Source: Octopus vulgaris (Eukaryota). From it: a DNA stretch of 64,000 nt. Location: the NCBI GenBank assembly GCA_951406725.2, contig OX597816.1, positions 143,778,001 through 143,842,000 of the forward strand. The letters are read 5' to 3'. Numbering within the stretch: position 1 is the first letter of the stretch; each line of letters begins with the position of its first letter. The translations under genes and the position numbers were made by a program. Positions 12,091 to 26,060 of this stretch are shown piece after piece. Below the pieces are notes generated by a model. The model was not told the origin of the DNA, ran no database searches, and saw nothing but the letters and a program-made list of their open reading frames with translations.

Positions 12091-12346
12091 TGTGTGTGCG
12101 TATGTATGTATGTATGTATGTATGTATGTATGTACGTGTGTTTATATATATGTATGTATGTATGTATGTGTATATATATAAGTAAACAACAGGTTGTGCA
12201 GTGCGCTACATAGATAAACCAAGGTTTGAACAGAAGAATACAAGGAGAAAAGTTAGATGAAAATACAATAAGCGGAAGAACCAACAAAGAACACAACATA
12301 CGGAAAACTAGATGAAAAAATAACAAACAAACAAACATGAAACTGG

Positions 12347-12392
<46 letters not shown>

Positions 12393-12414
12393 ACAAAGAA
12401 CAACTATATAATAG

Positions 12415-14767
12415 CTACCGTCCCAACCACCGCATTCATTTTTTAGACCCAATACGCAAACACAGAGACACAAGATAGCACCAAACAAGCAGGAGGAACC
12501 AAAAGTAATAAAAATTATCAATCTAACTCACAAGGAACTAACAGCAAACCAAATAAACATACTTTCCAAAGGACTCAAGTTTACACCCACCCCACAACAC
12601 CCCAACTACAACGAAATGAAAGAAGACATCGCAGAATTCTGCAGAAAATTAAGACTTACTGAGGAGCTATACGATAAATACAACGAGGACGAATCGTTAG
12701 CCAGAAATAGGAGTAACTACACCCCCTCGAAAGGTAAGAACAAAACACTTGATGATTTCTGTGACCACATATCTAATTACCCATATCAACATATGCACAA
12801 ACAAAAACACAAACCAAACTTCAGCAAAAAAGAATGGGCTGAGTTGAACAAATTAAAACAAGATAAAACAATAACAATCAAAGAGGCCGATAAAGGGAGT
12901 GCTGTTGTCTTAATGGATACGACATTTTACATAACTTTGGTACTTTCTATGCTGGAAGACACAACATACTATGAAAAGGCACAAAACTACAGTCAACAAA
13001 AAATAATGAGGGAACTAAAATCCATATTAAACCCATACAAAGCAGGGCTCACCGACAAAGAATATGATTATATGACCAATTTCACAAGTAAAACTAGCCA
13101 ATTCTACGGTATACTTAAGATCCACAAAAGTGAAAAAATAAGCAACGCATGCAAGATAGCTACAGACAAAATAATTAAAGTCCCTAATCCTAATGACCTC
13201 AAATTGAGACCCATAATAGCAGGTCCCGCATGCGAAACCCACCGCCTCAGTAACTTTTTAGACACCCTGTTAAAACCACTCCTCAAACATGTCAAAAGCT
13301 ATATAAGGGACGACTTAGATATGCTCAATCACCTACCGAATACTATAAACAAAAACACCATACTGGTATCCTTCGATGTAGTCAACCTCTACTCCAATAT
13401 CCCCCACAACCTAGGACTAGAGGCAATCCAATTCTGGCTAGAGAATCACACCAACGAACTACCACACCGCATCAAAAAAGAATTTGTGATAGAAGGGGTT
13501 AAATTCATCCTGGAAAATAACTTCTTCGCCTTCAATGACAACTTCTACCGACAAAAATCGGGGACTGCGATGGGTACACGAATGGCCCCCTCCTTTGCCA
13601 ACCTAGTCATAGGATACCTAGAGATCAGTCTGTATCGTAAGGTTCTAGAAAGATATGGCAGCCCTTTCTCCATCTACATAGAAAACAACCGGAAGAGATA
13701 TCTAGATGACTGTTTCATCCTTTGGCATAAAAATATAGAAAAACTCATAGAATTCCAGGAAATTTTAAACGGACTGGACGTAAACATCCAATTCACGATG
13801 GAATATAGCCAGCAACAACTCCCCTTCCTCGATATCCTCATTAAGAAAGCTAATAATATAATAGAAACAGACATATACTATAAGCCTACAGACTCAAAGC
13901 AATATCTTCCATTCAATTCATGCCACCCCAGACACACCAGGATGAATATCCCCTTCAATCTAGCAAACAGGATATGCACTATAGTCTCTAACGCAAACAC
14001 CAGAGACACACGACTAAAAGAACTAAAAGATACCCTTATCACCAGGAACTATCCACCTTCACTTATTGACAAGTGCATTCAACGTGCCCTTCAACTTAAC
14101 ATCAAGGAACTGAGACATCCCAAATCAAAGAAAAACTTACAACCAAAAGCCTTACCATACATCTCCACACACAACCCTCTCAATAACGAAGTCTTCGGCA
14201 CCATCCTCCACAACATACCCCTCCTAAAAAAAGACCACAGACACACGATCATAAAAACACACACGATCATAAAAAGCAAAAGACAGCCTAGATCCATGAA
14301 AAGTCTCCTAACACAAGCCCGAATTCACTCTTCAACACAGAAGCCGACAGTAAAAAAATGTGGAAGACCCAATTGCGGGATATGCGACTATCTAATTGAG
14401 GGATCAGAGTTCTCCTTCAAACAGGGACAACGGTTTACAGTGAAAAGCAACTTCACATGTGCTTCGGAGAACCTAATATACTCACTAACCTGCTCCGGGT
14501 GTCAAGAGCAGTACATAGGCCAAACAAAAAATGGTTTGCGTAAACGAATGGCCCTGCACAGATCCCAGATAAAAATTCCCCAAAACAGAAAAAATAGCTT
14601 TTAGCCAACACATAGATACTTGCGCCAACAAAAAAACAACAAATTTCAGGATTTTCCCCCTCTACCAATTTAGGGACGATACAACCTCGAGACAACGAAT
14701 AAGTAAAGAAAATCTCTTTATTACAAAATACAAGCCACTTCTTAACGGGTCTACGACAAACAATTAA
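12415..14767 (+). CDS. Penelope-like element polyprotein (reverse transcriptase + GIY-YIG endonuclease), one frameshift near the C-terminus
   Basis: Frame is open from 12415 (INLTHKEL..ILSKGLKFTPTP). Motifs IKEADKG, LRPII, SFDVVNLY, GTAMGTRMAPSFANL, RYLDD, LPFLD, YYKPT, SCHP, Cys linker CGRPNCGIC, NLIY..C..C..YIGQT..R..H. After the A6 run at 14589-14594 another frame continues SQH...RISKE...KYKPLLN to a stop at 14765-14767. Confidence 0.93.
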
Positions 14768-15428
14768 TATACCTCAACTTTAGAATAAAAGAAATATATA
14801 CACACACAAATATTACACTCCATAGAATCCATTACTAATCAGCCCCATCACAGCTATACTTTCACCCATTCATATTCTCCCTTCTCTGTTTTTTTTTCTT
14901 CTTCTTCCTCTTCTTCTTCATCATCATCATTATCATCATCATCGTCGTCATCATCATCACCACCATCATCACCATCATCTTCTCCCTTCTCCTTCTTCTT
15001 CTTCTTCTTCTTCTTCTTCTTCTTCTTCTTCTTCTTCTTCTTCTTCTTCATCATCATCAACATCGTCATCTTCTTCTTCTTCTTCTACTTCTCCACCTTC
15101 CACCCCTTAACCTTGTCACTAATGTCTTTCAGTATAACGCCTACGCAAATTCCATAAGCAATTCCTGAATTGAACTGCGACTACTGTCAGCCACTGACCA
15201 TTCAAAATACGACCATCAAGGCATTCCCAGATTTCCCCACCCCCTCTCCACATCAGCCTCCTTATTCTTCACCTACCCTACCAAGAACTCACAACGACCC
15301 TGAACACACAAGTGCAAACAAGGGAGTCAGAGAAAGGCAGAATGCTACTTATATCTGAACACTACTATAGAAATATTCTTTTAAAAAAACTTTTCTTCTA
15401 ATTTTTCTAAATTTAATTATTTAATCGT

Positions 15429-15470
15429 TACAGTTGAAAAGGTCTCAAAATGACCGAAACCGGTACTGAA
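15429..15470 (+). ncRNA. Minimal hammerhead motif of the PLE 3' pLTR, mutated core
   Basis: CAG-UUGAAAA-GGUC-UCAAAAU-GACC-GAAAC-CG-GUA-CUG; palindromic ACCGGU stem III; expected position at the PLE 3' end. Confidence 0.7.
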
Positions 15471-15542
15471 AGATTCACTATAAAATTATCTTAGCATTTT
15501 CTATTTTTGACTTGTTTTTTCATATATATATATATATATAAT

Positions 15543-15692
15543 ATAGTATGCGACAGTTATTCGGTTGTAATAATAAAACTCCGAGTTTTGGATGTCGGGG
15601 CGGAAATCTGCTCCGGCGGTACTTCAGGTTTCCGCCCCGACATCCGAAACTCGAAGTCTTATTATGGCAACCCAATAATTGTAACATATTAT
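15543..15692. repeat. Imperfect ~68-bp-arm hairpin
   Basis: GGATGTCGGGGCGGAAA / TTTCCGCCCCGACATCC core with a 14-nt loop; outer arms more diverged. Confidence 0.8.
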
Positions 15693-15903
15693 ATTACAGA
15701 TAACTTCCTCTATTTACATAATATCGAGGTCTCTTTCATTCTTTTGTTGTCTTACCATTATTATTATTAATATATATATATATATATATGCAATTTTATG
15801 TGTTTGTATGTGTCCACAAATGTATACTTATATGAATAGAACAGATATATAACCTATATAACATACTTTATATAAATCCTATTCATTCTAATAAATATGT
15901 TTG

Positions 15904-15956
<53 letters not shown>

Positions 15957-17029
15957 TGTATAAGCATTCTATTTCATTCCTGTGCTTGTGTGTGGTTGTG
16001 CTGTGTGTAATACAACATGTAACTACACCATAGATGGTAGATGTTAATTTATTACACGCATACATACACTGAAAATATGTAATATGTAATATGTAATACA
16101 CATCGAATGCACAACGCCCATAAACGCACACACACTATATAACACACTCAACCTTGTCCCAACTAATGCCCCCAAGCATCACCCACGTTACCACAACGCT
16201 CACCACCTTTACCTCCTTTGCCACCACTATCGTCACAGCAACCCTCAGTACCATATCAAACCATCATCAGCAGTAGCAGCAGAGCGACTACCAAAACTAT
16301 CATTACCGCTCTAAAACTAACTTCATTACTAGCCCACCACAACTACCCTAATACTATTAGCATCACTACTGTTCCAGCCAGCACCCCTAACATTACCTCT
16401 AACAACAGCACTGCCAACACTAGCAGAAATAAGCAGACACATATTCAAGCAGCAAAAACAGAGTATATACCGAACCGTTTCATAAAACCGGAAACTAAGC
16501 ATAATTATTGCCCTCAACGTGGACTGTTTTCCAGCTGTTGTTTTCTTTTCATTTTTTTTTTTCGAAAACTCCCTTTATTTTTTTCTTCTTTGCCCCTGCA
16601 TATAAAACTTCGCATCTGTCTCCCAGATTTTAGAATTACACGACTGTCTTCCAGTTTATCCATTGCAATTCATTGTATATTCTTTCGCATCTTGAAGAAA
16701 GGTGTGTGTGTGTGTGGGGGGGGGGGCGGTTTATAGCTAGAAGAAAGAAGTGCTAATATATCTTTATATAACTAAAAGTTTTTTGAAGTACATTAACCCT
16801 ACATTGCAATAATAATAGCTTGTCTCCTTTCCCCCTTTAATATGCAAAAATGAATATGGTTGTGAGTTGGCAGAAATTCTAGACTGCAATTTTATTTACA
16901 ATAAATTTACTTTCACCTTTCAGTGTTCCATTTCGAAATTGTTTTGGATTAATTTGACCAGCTTTGTCCGTTTTCTCGCTGAAGAAACAAAATAATGCAA
17001 TATAAGTTATTAATATATGGAGAAAGATA

Positions 17030-17250
17030 AGGCGGCGAGCTGTTAGAATCGTTGGCTCGCCGGAAAAAAATACTTAGCGGCATTTGGTCCGTTTTCACGT
17101 TCTGAGTTCAAATTCCGCTGAAGTCGACTATGTCTTTCATCCTTTCGGGGTCGAAAACATAAGTATCAATTCTTCACTGGGATCGATTTAAACGACTGAC
17201 CCCTTCCCACCCCAAAATTGCTGTCCTTGGGCAAAAATTTGAAATTAATA
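17030..17250 (+). mobile_element. SINE family A
   Basis: AGGCGGCGAGCTG head and TTCTGAGTTCAAATTCCG. Confidence 0.8.
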
Positions 17251-17528
17251 TTGTTAAGCGGAAATTTTTTATCGAGTCGCATCGCCAAGGTGGTAGAGTA
17301 TCAGACTTTTGCAGATGCTGAACGTTGCGAATTCAAATCCCTTTGCGAACACTTATAATGTCTGTGAGGATTCAAGAATGGTCGCACCTCTAAGAAGTAC
17401 ACGTGTTTCCAAAGTCGGTCCCACTGCTCGACATCTACTATAGTCTTGAGGTAACCTTTACGGGTGAAATTTAGGAGACGGAAACTGCAGAAACACTTTG
17501 CTCACGAATATGAGAGTAGTGTGTGTGA

Positions 17529-17606
<78 letters not shown>

Positions 17607-17868
17607 AATTATCTGAGTTTATACAGTGGAGTAAATTGGTATACATATCTACGTCCATAAAAGGACGTAACTTAACTGATCTTAGCTACTAGATAAACAG
17701 AACTCGATACAATCAGTACCAGATTAGGTATTTAGAACGATATAATGCATAAAACCTTTGAAGGATGCGTTCCCATATAATCGCAGCCCAATGAGGGGAA
17801 GTAGTAAACTTATAAAAGAATAGGAAGATCATGGATCATTAAAGTGTGAGAAGTAGGGTCCTGATTTT

Positions 17869-18556
17869 CACTTCAGAAATCCAAAGGCATTCAAGTGTTT
17901 CGAGAAGTTAAATTTGATTCTGATCTGGCATTCAAATAAAAAGGCACGGATGACTAATAGCACTTTCCAAGAGTAGTTTATGAATAGCTTTGGTCCAGAC
18001 ATATTTCCACAAAACATTTTTCTTTGAAGCCAGGGCATCAAACTACTTACTGAACTTACATGAGCTTTCTGATAATGTGAGAGTAGAATATATATCACCA
18101 ACAGTGCAACATTATTCCAGCCAATAGAACAAGGTGTGATAGCTAACTTCAAGGTATATTATCTGAGAACTTTCAAACAATTAATGAAAGCAATTGATAG
18201 GGAGGATAACAGCACAGTTAGAGACTTCTGGGAGAATTTCTACATAATGAAATGAATGTTGTGTACAACTGAGTTGAATCATGAGATGAACTAAAACCCT
18301 CAACTTTGAATGATACTTAAAAAATATATGGCCAGACCGTGACTTAACTAGTTATCCACAAGCAGAAAATCTACATCAAATTCGAAAAGGCGTTGGAGTG
18401 GCTGTGTCGTAAGTAGCTTGCTTACTAACCACATGGTTCCGGGTTCAGTCCCACTGCCTGGCACCTTGGTCAAGTGTCTTCTACTATAGCCTCGGGCTGA
18501 TCAAAGCCTTGTGTGTGGATTTGGTAGACGGAAACTGAAAGAAGCCCGTCGTATAT

Positions 18557-18634
<78 letters not shown>

Positions 18635-19523
18635 TGTGTCTGTGTTTGTTCCCCAACATCGCTTGACAACCGATGCTGGTGTGTTTACATCCCCGTAACT
18701 TAGCGGTTCGGCAAAAGAGACCGAACTGGATTTATGAAGAATAAGTTCTGGGGTCGATTTGCTCGACTAAAGGCGGTGCTCCAGCATGGCCACAGTCAAA
18801 TGACTGAAACAAATAAAAGCGTAAAAGAGAGACATGTAAATAATATAGGTTTTAAAGAATTTATAGAGAATGATTTGAGTGAAATTGCCAGTGTCCCATA
18901 AAGAAACTTTATCTAACAAGGAGCTGATGTTCTAAGAACAAGAGTAAACTGAGAAAACAATTGACAATACGGAAATACCACCAATTCCACTTAAACTGAC
19001 TGCAAGAAATGTTGTTGTAAGTTTGACACTTATGGTGAAAGATCTGCAAGTTTTTTGCTGATAATTAACTTAAAAATCACAAGAGAAGCTTACAATGAGC
19101 TCAGTTTCTACACTGTGCTGTATAAAGATATAATGTTCTATGAATATCAAACAGGTTTGAATAGGTTCTTTGGATGAGTTCAAATAGATGTTGAGGATGA
19201 TGAACAATAAGGTAGAAAATAGTGTCTCTATTTTGACAGTAGTCAACCTTTTTTGTGGTGAGAACGTATCCGATTAAGATATTACTATCCTTACTTATTC
19301 CCTAAAGTATTACTTTTCAAATGTTTTTATGTATATTGTACTGTGTATGCTTAGATAATGTTATTTTCATGCATAACGGTATTTTTTTGTGATTGTTTTT
19401 TTTTTAATCTTGTGGAACTCATTATCGCTTTATACATGTTAATCAAGGGAAAAATTTATTTCGCGTTACGACCAGATTTTCAAGAGCGCATTAATTACTC
19501 TCGCAACGTAGAGGTATCCTGTA
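17869..19523 (+). mobile_element. Decayed pogo/Tigger DNA transposon, interrupted by a SINE
   Basis: Translates to SENPKAFK..IWHSNKKARMT and ATLFQPIEQGVIANFKVYYLR (pogo DDE signature); right end AGAGGTATCCTG|TA resembles a Tigger TIR. Confidence 0.75.
18388..18830 (+). mobile_element. SINE family B inserted in the Tigger remnant
   Basis: Full head, internal (TA)n(TG)n and tail. Confidence 0.85.
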
Positions 19524-20104
19524 TATGGTTTCATCACACCGGAAGATGCAGAATAAATATACCTAATTTAAAGTGGACATTTGTCCACGTCAATCATTTA
19601 GTACAAAACAGATTTTATCTTAACTTCGCAATGAATCCTCAGCCAAACGACATCAAAAGAACTTGGTGAAAAATAAAATAAATCTGGGCAAAGTAAAAAA
19701 AAAACTATTAGGAATCAACTTCCCCCCCCCCACACTTTTATTTTCACCTCTACGAGAAATTTTAATGCTTCCTTTTGAATACATACCATAGATCTGTTGT
19801 GCTGTTTGAGGATAATTTTATTTTGTTAATTTTTTCACTCAACTTCCGCAGTGCAACGGCCAGCAACTATCTCTAGTTTCCGTTGTGTAATGTGGATGAC
19901 AGACAAATATGCACCTCAACAGGATGCCTGACAACTGCAAATAACATTTCACCCCCAGAGTGTCTGAACTTAACTTTGTTCAGGATCTTCAGGCAAGCTA
20001 TCAGAAGACCCTGTGTACCCACAGGCAAAGTTCAGACTTACTAAAAAACAAAAAAAGAAACCCCAAAAAACAACAACAAAAAGCAAGTTATATATAGATG
20101 ATTT

Positions 20105-20181
<77 letters not shown>

Positions 20182-20211
20182 GGGCATGTGCGCTTCTATA
20201 AGTATACATAT

Positions 20212-20261
<50 letters not shown>

Positions 20262-20267
20262 ATATAT

Positions 20268-20909
20268 GTGAATGAATTATCTTAGTATTGATAATTCGGT
20301 TAATCGATACCTGGGTAGCAAATTCACGTCAGAAGACACGGTTGAAGCTGCATGCCAAGGGCAGAAACCCCGTGTTCTTGTGTGGTAATTTGTGTGTTTT
20401 TTTTTTAATATGGATAAATGAAAGAATGGAGTCGAACGAAGATTTTAACAAAATTCCTTTACTCTCAACACATGTTTCGAAGACTGCATACTCTTAATTC
20501 CGAAGGAATAAAGGGTGCATTATGCCGTCTTCTCATCAGGAAAGACAAGGAACCTCTATCAGCCCCAAGACGAACAAAAACTTTTTGGTGACTGCCTACA
20601 TGATGTCCACAGTGATAATGAGCGTTTTTTTTAAAAAATCCGTTATAAACAATGACGTCAAAATTGGTTGGAAAGAGGAAGTTTTAAAAATAAGAAGGGG
20701 GCAGTATTTATGCTGTATGTATGGGGATGCGCGGGTGTTTGCTTTTGTTAATGAGTTTGATTGTTTATGTGTGCTTATGAGTTTGTATATATAACTGCAT
20801 TTGTGTCTATGTGCGTGTGTGTGTGTAATTGTGTGTGTGGTGGGGACAATTGTCAAATATATTTAGTAGTGAGGTGACAAATTTATGTCTGTTTGTTTGA
20901 TTGAGCGTA

Positions 20910-20971
<62 letters not shown>

Positions 20972-21247
20972 GGAGAGGTAGATAGAAAGAGATAAACATA
21001 CGCCAGTGATATTTAGTAGTAATGTTTCATGCAACGGAGTGGACAGAAAGAATTTGTCTATAGCAGTGGTGTAGACGTGAAACTAATTATTAAAACCAAA
21101 GAGGACATCTATATTATTTATCATTTATATGATTGGAAAGTATGTTTTTGCCAATGCTTACATTATAGGATTTTTCTATTAGTGTGTTTACCAAGGGGAA
21201 CTTGGCGAAAAGGATATAGAAGAGTTCGGACGACTCCATTCTTTCAT

Positions 21248-21250
<3 letters not shown>
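20268..21250 (-). mobile_element. Penelope-like element 3' fragment (family of 54.6-56.6 kb) with pLTR hammerhead
   Basis: Homologous to 55340-56072; 21228-21250 is an inverted copy of 20415-20437. Confidence 0.8.
20454..20552 (-). ncRNA. Hammerhead motif, extended stem II family
   Basis: Minus strand: UUUC-CUGAUGA-GAAGAC-[~42 nt]-GUCUUC-GAAAC-AUGU-GUU-GAGA. Confidence 0.7.
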
Positions 21251-21338
<88 letters not shown>

Positions 21339-21810
21339 GTGTGCGTATATATATATATATGTACGTATGTATGTGTGTGTGTGTGTTTAATTATATTTTA
21401 TTATATTTAAAATTTAAAGTAGAGTCACTGTTGTAACTTCCTGATCATGATTAAAATAATGTACGCACTTTATTTGATGTTTGAGCGTCTGCTTCTCCAA
21501 TTTGTATAAGGTATGATGTTTGTGTGTGTGTGTGAATGTGTGAATGTCTTCGTAAGTTTATTATTGGCTTAATAAAATTGAGAGGATTGTCTCCCCAAAT
21601 TCATCAAATTTATTCTATAAATATAATGTTGTGACTAAAGTTATTGTTGCCTAATTATCAAATCAAAACTACGCTTGTAGTTCTAAATATAGAAGAAAAT
21701 ACACCTATTTTAAGTACCGGGATATATTTTATAATAAATTTCAATAGAACACAAACATTGGTTAACACGGACAACAGACATACACATACTTACACACACA
21801 CACACACACG

Positions 21811-21863
<53 letters not shown>

Positions 21864-23593
21864 CATACTGTACGGACATACATGCGTTTATAATAGGAAT
21901 TCATCTATGCGGAAAGAAAGGAGTGTATGGATGTACCGAACGACTTTTGATAAATAAAACTGTCCTGCGAAGGGGTTAAAATAGAAAATTTGAACTGTTT
22001 AACTTGATTTAGAAATGAGTATTTTTCGATACAGTGCATAGTTCTTGAAATTTGCTGAAAGTACTTAGATGCTTTTTTTAAAAAAGAGTTTAAAGCACTT
22101 GAAATCTTAAGGAGTGTCTCAAGCGCTATAGATTTTTGTTAAGGAATATTCCAAAGACAGTCTGAATATGTTTCTATTTATTCTGGAAGTAAATCTGTTA
22201 CAACTACAAATAGCAATAGTGTAATCTATAATTTATTTGTTAATGATTTTAAGATCTTTTGATACAGAGATGTAATTTGACTCAAAGAAATGTTCGTGCT
22301 TGTGTGTGTATAAAACAGATTTTGAAATCTAAACATTAAAATTAATAGTTTTAATAATGTTTCTCAAATATCTACATTTTTCCATACAATAAGTGCTTCA
22401 GATACTTTGATACTTGGATAAACGTATAGTACAATGTTATGTGAACAAAGATAGAATGACCAACGAATATTATGCTCGAAATATTATTTACTAACGGTAT
22501 GATGGTGGAAGGTTTCCTCTCTCTTGGCAACATTGGATAGCACACGATAGCACGAATTGGCAACATACGATAGCACATTTTCAGTACTAAAATTTAGGGA
22601 GCTTGATTGGGCTATAGACAAGATCCATTCCATTTGTGTTAAAACTCGAAAAATTCTGACATCAGTTGAAAGCTATTACAGGAATAATAATAGCGACAGA
22701 CTTCCATGACCGAGATAAAGACAGGGAGAAGACACTTAAGGTCACTTTACACAGGTGCCATGCGTTACACAGGTGCCATGCGTTCATTCAGATAGCCTCT
22801 ACTAAACATCAACAAAAACAGGAAAATACGATTAACAGCGAGGAGAGAAACATCTTACTACTAAATCTCCGAACATGCTGCTTGCGACCCTGGATGAACG
22901 TAACCTGGCAAAAGCTTGGAGGAAACACTCCGTATACTAACTAAAGGTTACGGATTAGTAGTTTTCTATGAAGCTAATACCGACAGGATTTGTTGACTTG
23001 GACTTGTGACTGTTACATCACATCACATTGCAGAGCTTATGTTCTTGCTATCCAAGAGTTGGAGATAGTTACCAATGTACGAAAGAAACAAAGAAACCTT
23101 CAAACCTTCAATGTGTGACCGAAAGTGTTTATTACCTCACAATATATATCTGGTCAATAGCTTCACCAAACATGTTTTTTTTTTCGGGCTACTACTTTTG
23201 CATATGAGTTTCTTGTTGAAACAATATTCCATGTGATTTGTGGGAAAGATTTTCTTTTAGCAAATAAAAAAAAAAAAAAAAAAAAAGAATTCGAAATATT
23301 AAAAAAAATCATTCCCTAAACGAGAAATATTGGTGGAACATTCCCATAAAAAGTTCACTAACTGCACACACCGCAAATTTATATAACTGTTTAATAGACG
23401 GCCATAAAACGAAGACTTAGTAGTTAGAGGCTGGCAGCTGGGCAGATGAGAAAATTAAATTCCAAATCAGAAAAATTATATATTGTTAACTGCTTCGGAA
23501 TCTACAACTTGGCTGTTTAATTTTATTTTTCACAAATTTGTATTCATATTTCGTTTTTGCTTTGATTTGAAAGATTCTTGATGTGAGGGTATG

Positions 23594-23636
23594 TCACTGA
23601 TGAATCCACAAGTGGTGATGAAACAACTTAGCTGAT
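23594..23636 (+). ncRNA. Degenerate hammerhead motif
   Basis: UCA-CUGAUGA-AUC-CAC-AA-GUG-GU-GAU-GAAAC-AAC-UUA..UGA; stems III and I are eroded. Confidence 0.45.
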
Positions 23637-23737
23637 TGGTTGATTGAGCGAACGATTAAGGAAACAATTGATTAGTTAATTGATTAAATGTTAACTGGCT
23701 AATAATAATAAGGATAATAATAATAATAATGATGATG

Positions 23738-23804
<67 letters not shown>

Positions 23805-24039
23805 TGATGATGATAATAAATAAATGAAATAGAGCTAGTTCATGTATCTATCATTGGCGTAATGATCTTTCTGGAATACAAGAAAATTCATACCCATAAT
23901 TATTTAATTTTTTTTACTTAAGTTATTATCATCAGAATTCCCGTGATGACGCTTTGCTTATAAGTTAGAAACCAACACATCTTTGTAGGAGGATCTGAAA
24001 GAGTTTAAATATAATATAATAAAAAATAACATATGTGTG

Positions 24040-24094
<55 letters not shown>

Positions 24095-24148
24095 GTATGT
24101 ATATATGTACGCATGTATGTATGTGTGTGTGTTCTGTGTGTGTGTGTG

Positions 24149-24186
<38 letters not shown>

Positions 24187-24196
24187 AACAGAAATA

Positions 24197-25093
24197 ATGG
24201 ATTATATACATTTATTTATTTACTATAGACTTCCAATTGTTTCAGATATGCATTTGAGTGTGTTCAGTGTTCAGCCTTATCAATCAATCGATTGATCGAA
24301 TTGAGTGAGTGAAAATATAGAAAACCACAAGCCCAAAGTCAGCTTCTTCATAGCTAAAATAAACATACTGCCAGAATAAAAGAAAAGAAAGGGAAGCTAT
24401 TTGGTCAATGTGGCATTTTGTATGAAGAACTATTTTTTGCCACCAACCTTAAGTTATTGTTAGCTCTTACCACGGGTGATTAATATTTTATTTTTATTTA
24501 TGTTGTTTTTGCTTTGTTTTGGCTTTATTTTTAAAAAATTTGTTTTGGTTTTATCTTCTTCACTTTGAACTTGTTTTAACCATTACTGTTAATTTTTGAC
24601 ATTTATGCGAATCCATGGCGAATATATGGATTTTGATACTTCAAGTTTAAAATAATAAGTAGTACCCTCTCTACCTTTCGGTTTTTATATTTGCATATAT
24701 TACCCTGACATTCTTTTCCAAAATTTAGTAATCGCCAACAGTCTGCCACTGATCGCATAATGGTTGTAGGATATCAAATTTCTTTACTGGATATCAATAT
24801 TATCTACCCGTGATAAGGACCAATATTGGCTTATGGTTGATAGCTAAAAATAGATGACTTTGTTCTTTAGAAAAAATTCCACATTGACCAAATTCTTTCC
24901 TTCTTCTTTTGTCCTTTTTCTTTGGGCAGTAGATTTATTTGGGCTCTGAAGAAGATAGCTTTGAACTAGTGGCTCCCTACATTTTCAGTTGATCAATCGA
25001 TCGATTGATAAGATTGTACCATGAACACACCAAAACACGTATCTGAAACAACTGTAAGGTTATAATAGATAAATAAATGTATATAACCCATTT
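24197..25093. repeat. Old ~285-bp inverted repeat pair (probable PLE pLTRs); a third partial copy at 27264-27435
   Basis: Arms 24197-24480 and 24805-25093 share CCACATTGACCAAAT, ATCAATCGAT, TATCTGAAACAA and ATAAATAAATGTATATAA in opposite orientation. Confidence 0.8.
24941..25061 (+). ncRNA. Hammerhead motif with an 82-nt stem II insertion (decayed mirror copy on minus at ~24228-24355)
   Basis: CU-CUGAAGA-AGAUA-[82 nt]-UAUCU-GAAAC-AACU-GUA-AG, followed by AATAAA. Confidence 0.65.
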
Positions 25094-25599
25094 TCCTATT
25101 TTATGTATCACTATTTAAAAATATACGGTCTCAGCTCAGTATTAAAACCATGGCTTTACAAATTTGACTGGTGATGGATTTTGATTTCGGATTACTTGGA
25201 ATACAATAGCAATCACAAGACGTCTTTGTTAGCTTGGTGTATTTTTATCAATAGAGAGCATAAGAAATATTTCGCCAGGGATTACTAATCCTTTATTAAC
25301 CCTCTTTGCTTTGATATGTATGAATGTATTTACGTATGTATTTACGTATGTATGTATGTTTGTATGTATGTATGTAAAGGTGCGTAAATTTATTTTTACA
25401 CACTCCCCCACACAAGAAGGATTTTGTCTCAGACAAAAAATCTACAAATTTTTGTCAGTAAAAACTCCAAGTGACGTCAGCGGACTACTAAGCTTCGTTT
25501 CTTCAGTGGCAAATACTATCTCGGTAATCTGGTGCTAAACCGGAACTTTTGTTCCTATATTTAGAAAAATGAGAGCAAGACACAAATATGCCCAAAGCA

Positions 25600-26060
25600 T
25601 TTCCGGTCCATTCAAATCAACAAAGCTACTGGTCTTGACAAAGTTTCTTCTATTACTTTTGACCCTTTAATCAATGCGCCTCAAAGTTAGCACTCACTTT
25701 ATCCAAACTCTTCAATCTCTCGCTCTTTACAGTGATTTATTCTGATATTTGTGAAATCACTGCTGTGAGTCCCTTTCCCAAGAGGGTCACACCATTACCA
25801 ATGATATTTCCTGATGAACGTATATTTTCCTCATGGTCAAAACTGCATCACAAAGACTGAACTCCTTCTTCATAGCCAGTACTTCAGTATTCTCTTCACA
25901 ATAAGGCACTACTCACACATCGAGTACTGTTGGTTCACACACAAACAGCCTTGACTGAATCCAAATGAAATCTACCATAACAATTCAGCCTTGGCTCATA
26001 CGCATACTGTTTCCTCTATTTCCTTTGTCAACCGCCAGTCCAGTGGGCTCTGCTTTATGG
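25600..26060 (+). mobile_element. Highly decayed CR1/L2-group LINE fragment
   Basis: KATGLDK...ALTLSKLFNLSL...ITAVSPFPK resembles the region just upstream of the RT domain. Confidence 0.45.

Larger units (their letters stand above)
12391..15530 (+). mobile_element. Penelope-like retroelement (Cys-rich linker, Neptune/Naiad-like), bounded by (TA)n tracts
   Basis: The ORF above plus a ~750-bp 3' UTR with (TTC)n/(TCA)n and a terminal hammerhead motif. Confidence 0.88.

Noticed and set aside
12616-14604. Possible selenocysteine-recoding (Naiad-type) PLE
   Set aside because: No in-frame TGA in the ORF; the interruption is a frameshift leading to TAG.
14854-15069. Poly-K/D/E ORF
   Set aside because: Antisense reading of (TTC)n/(TCA)n in the PLE 3' UTR.
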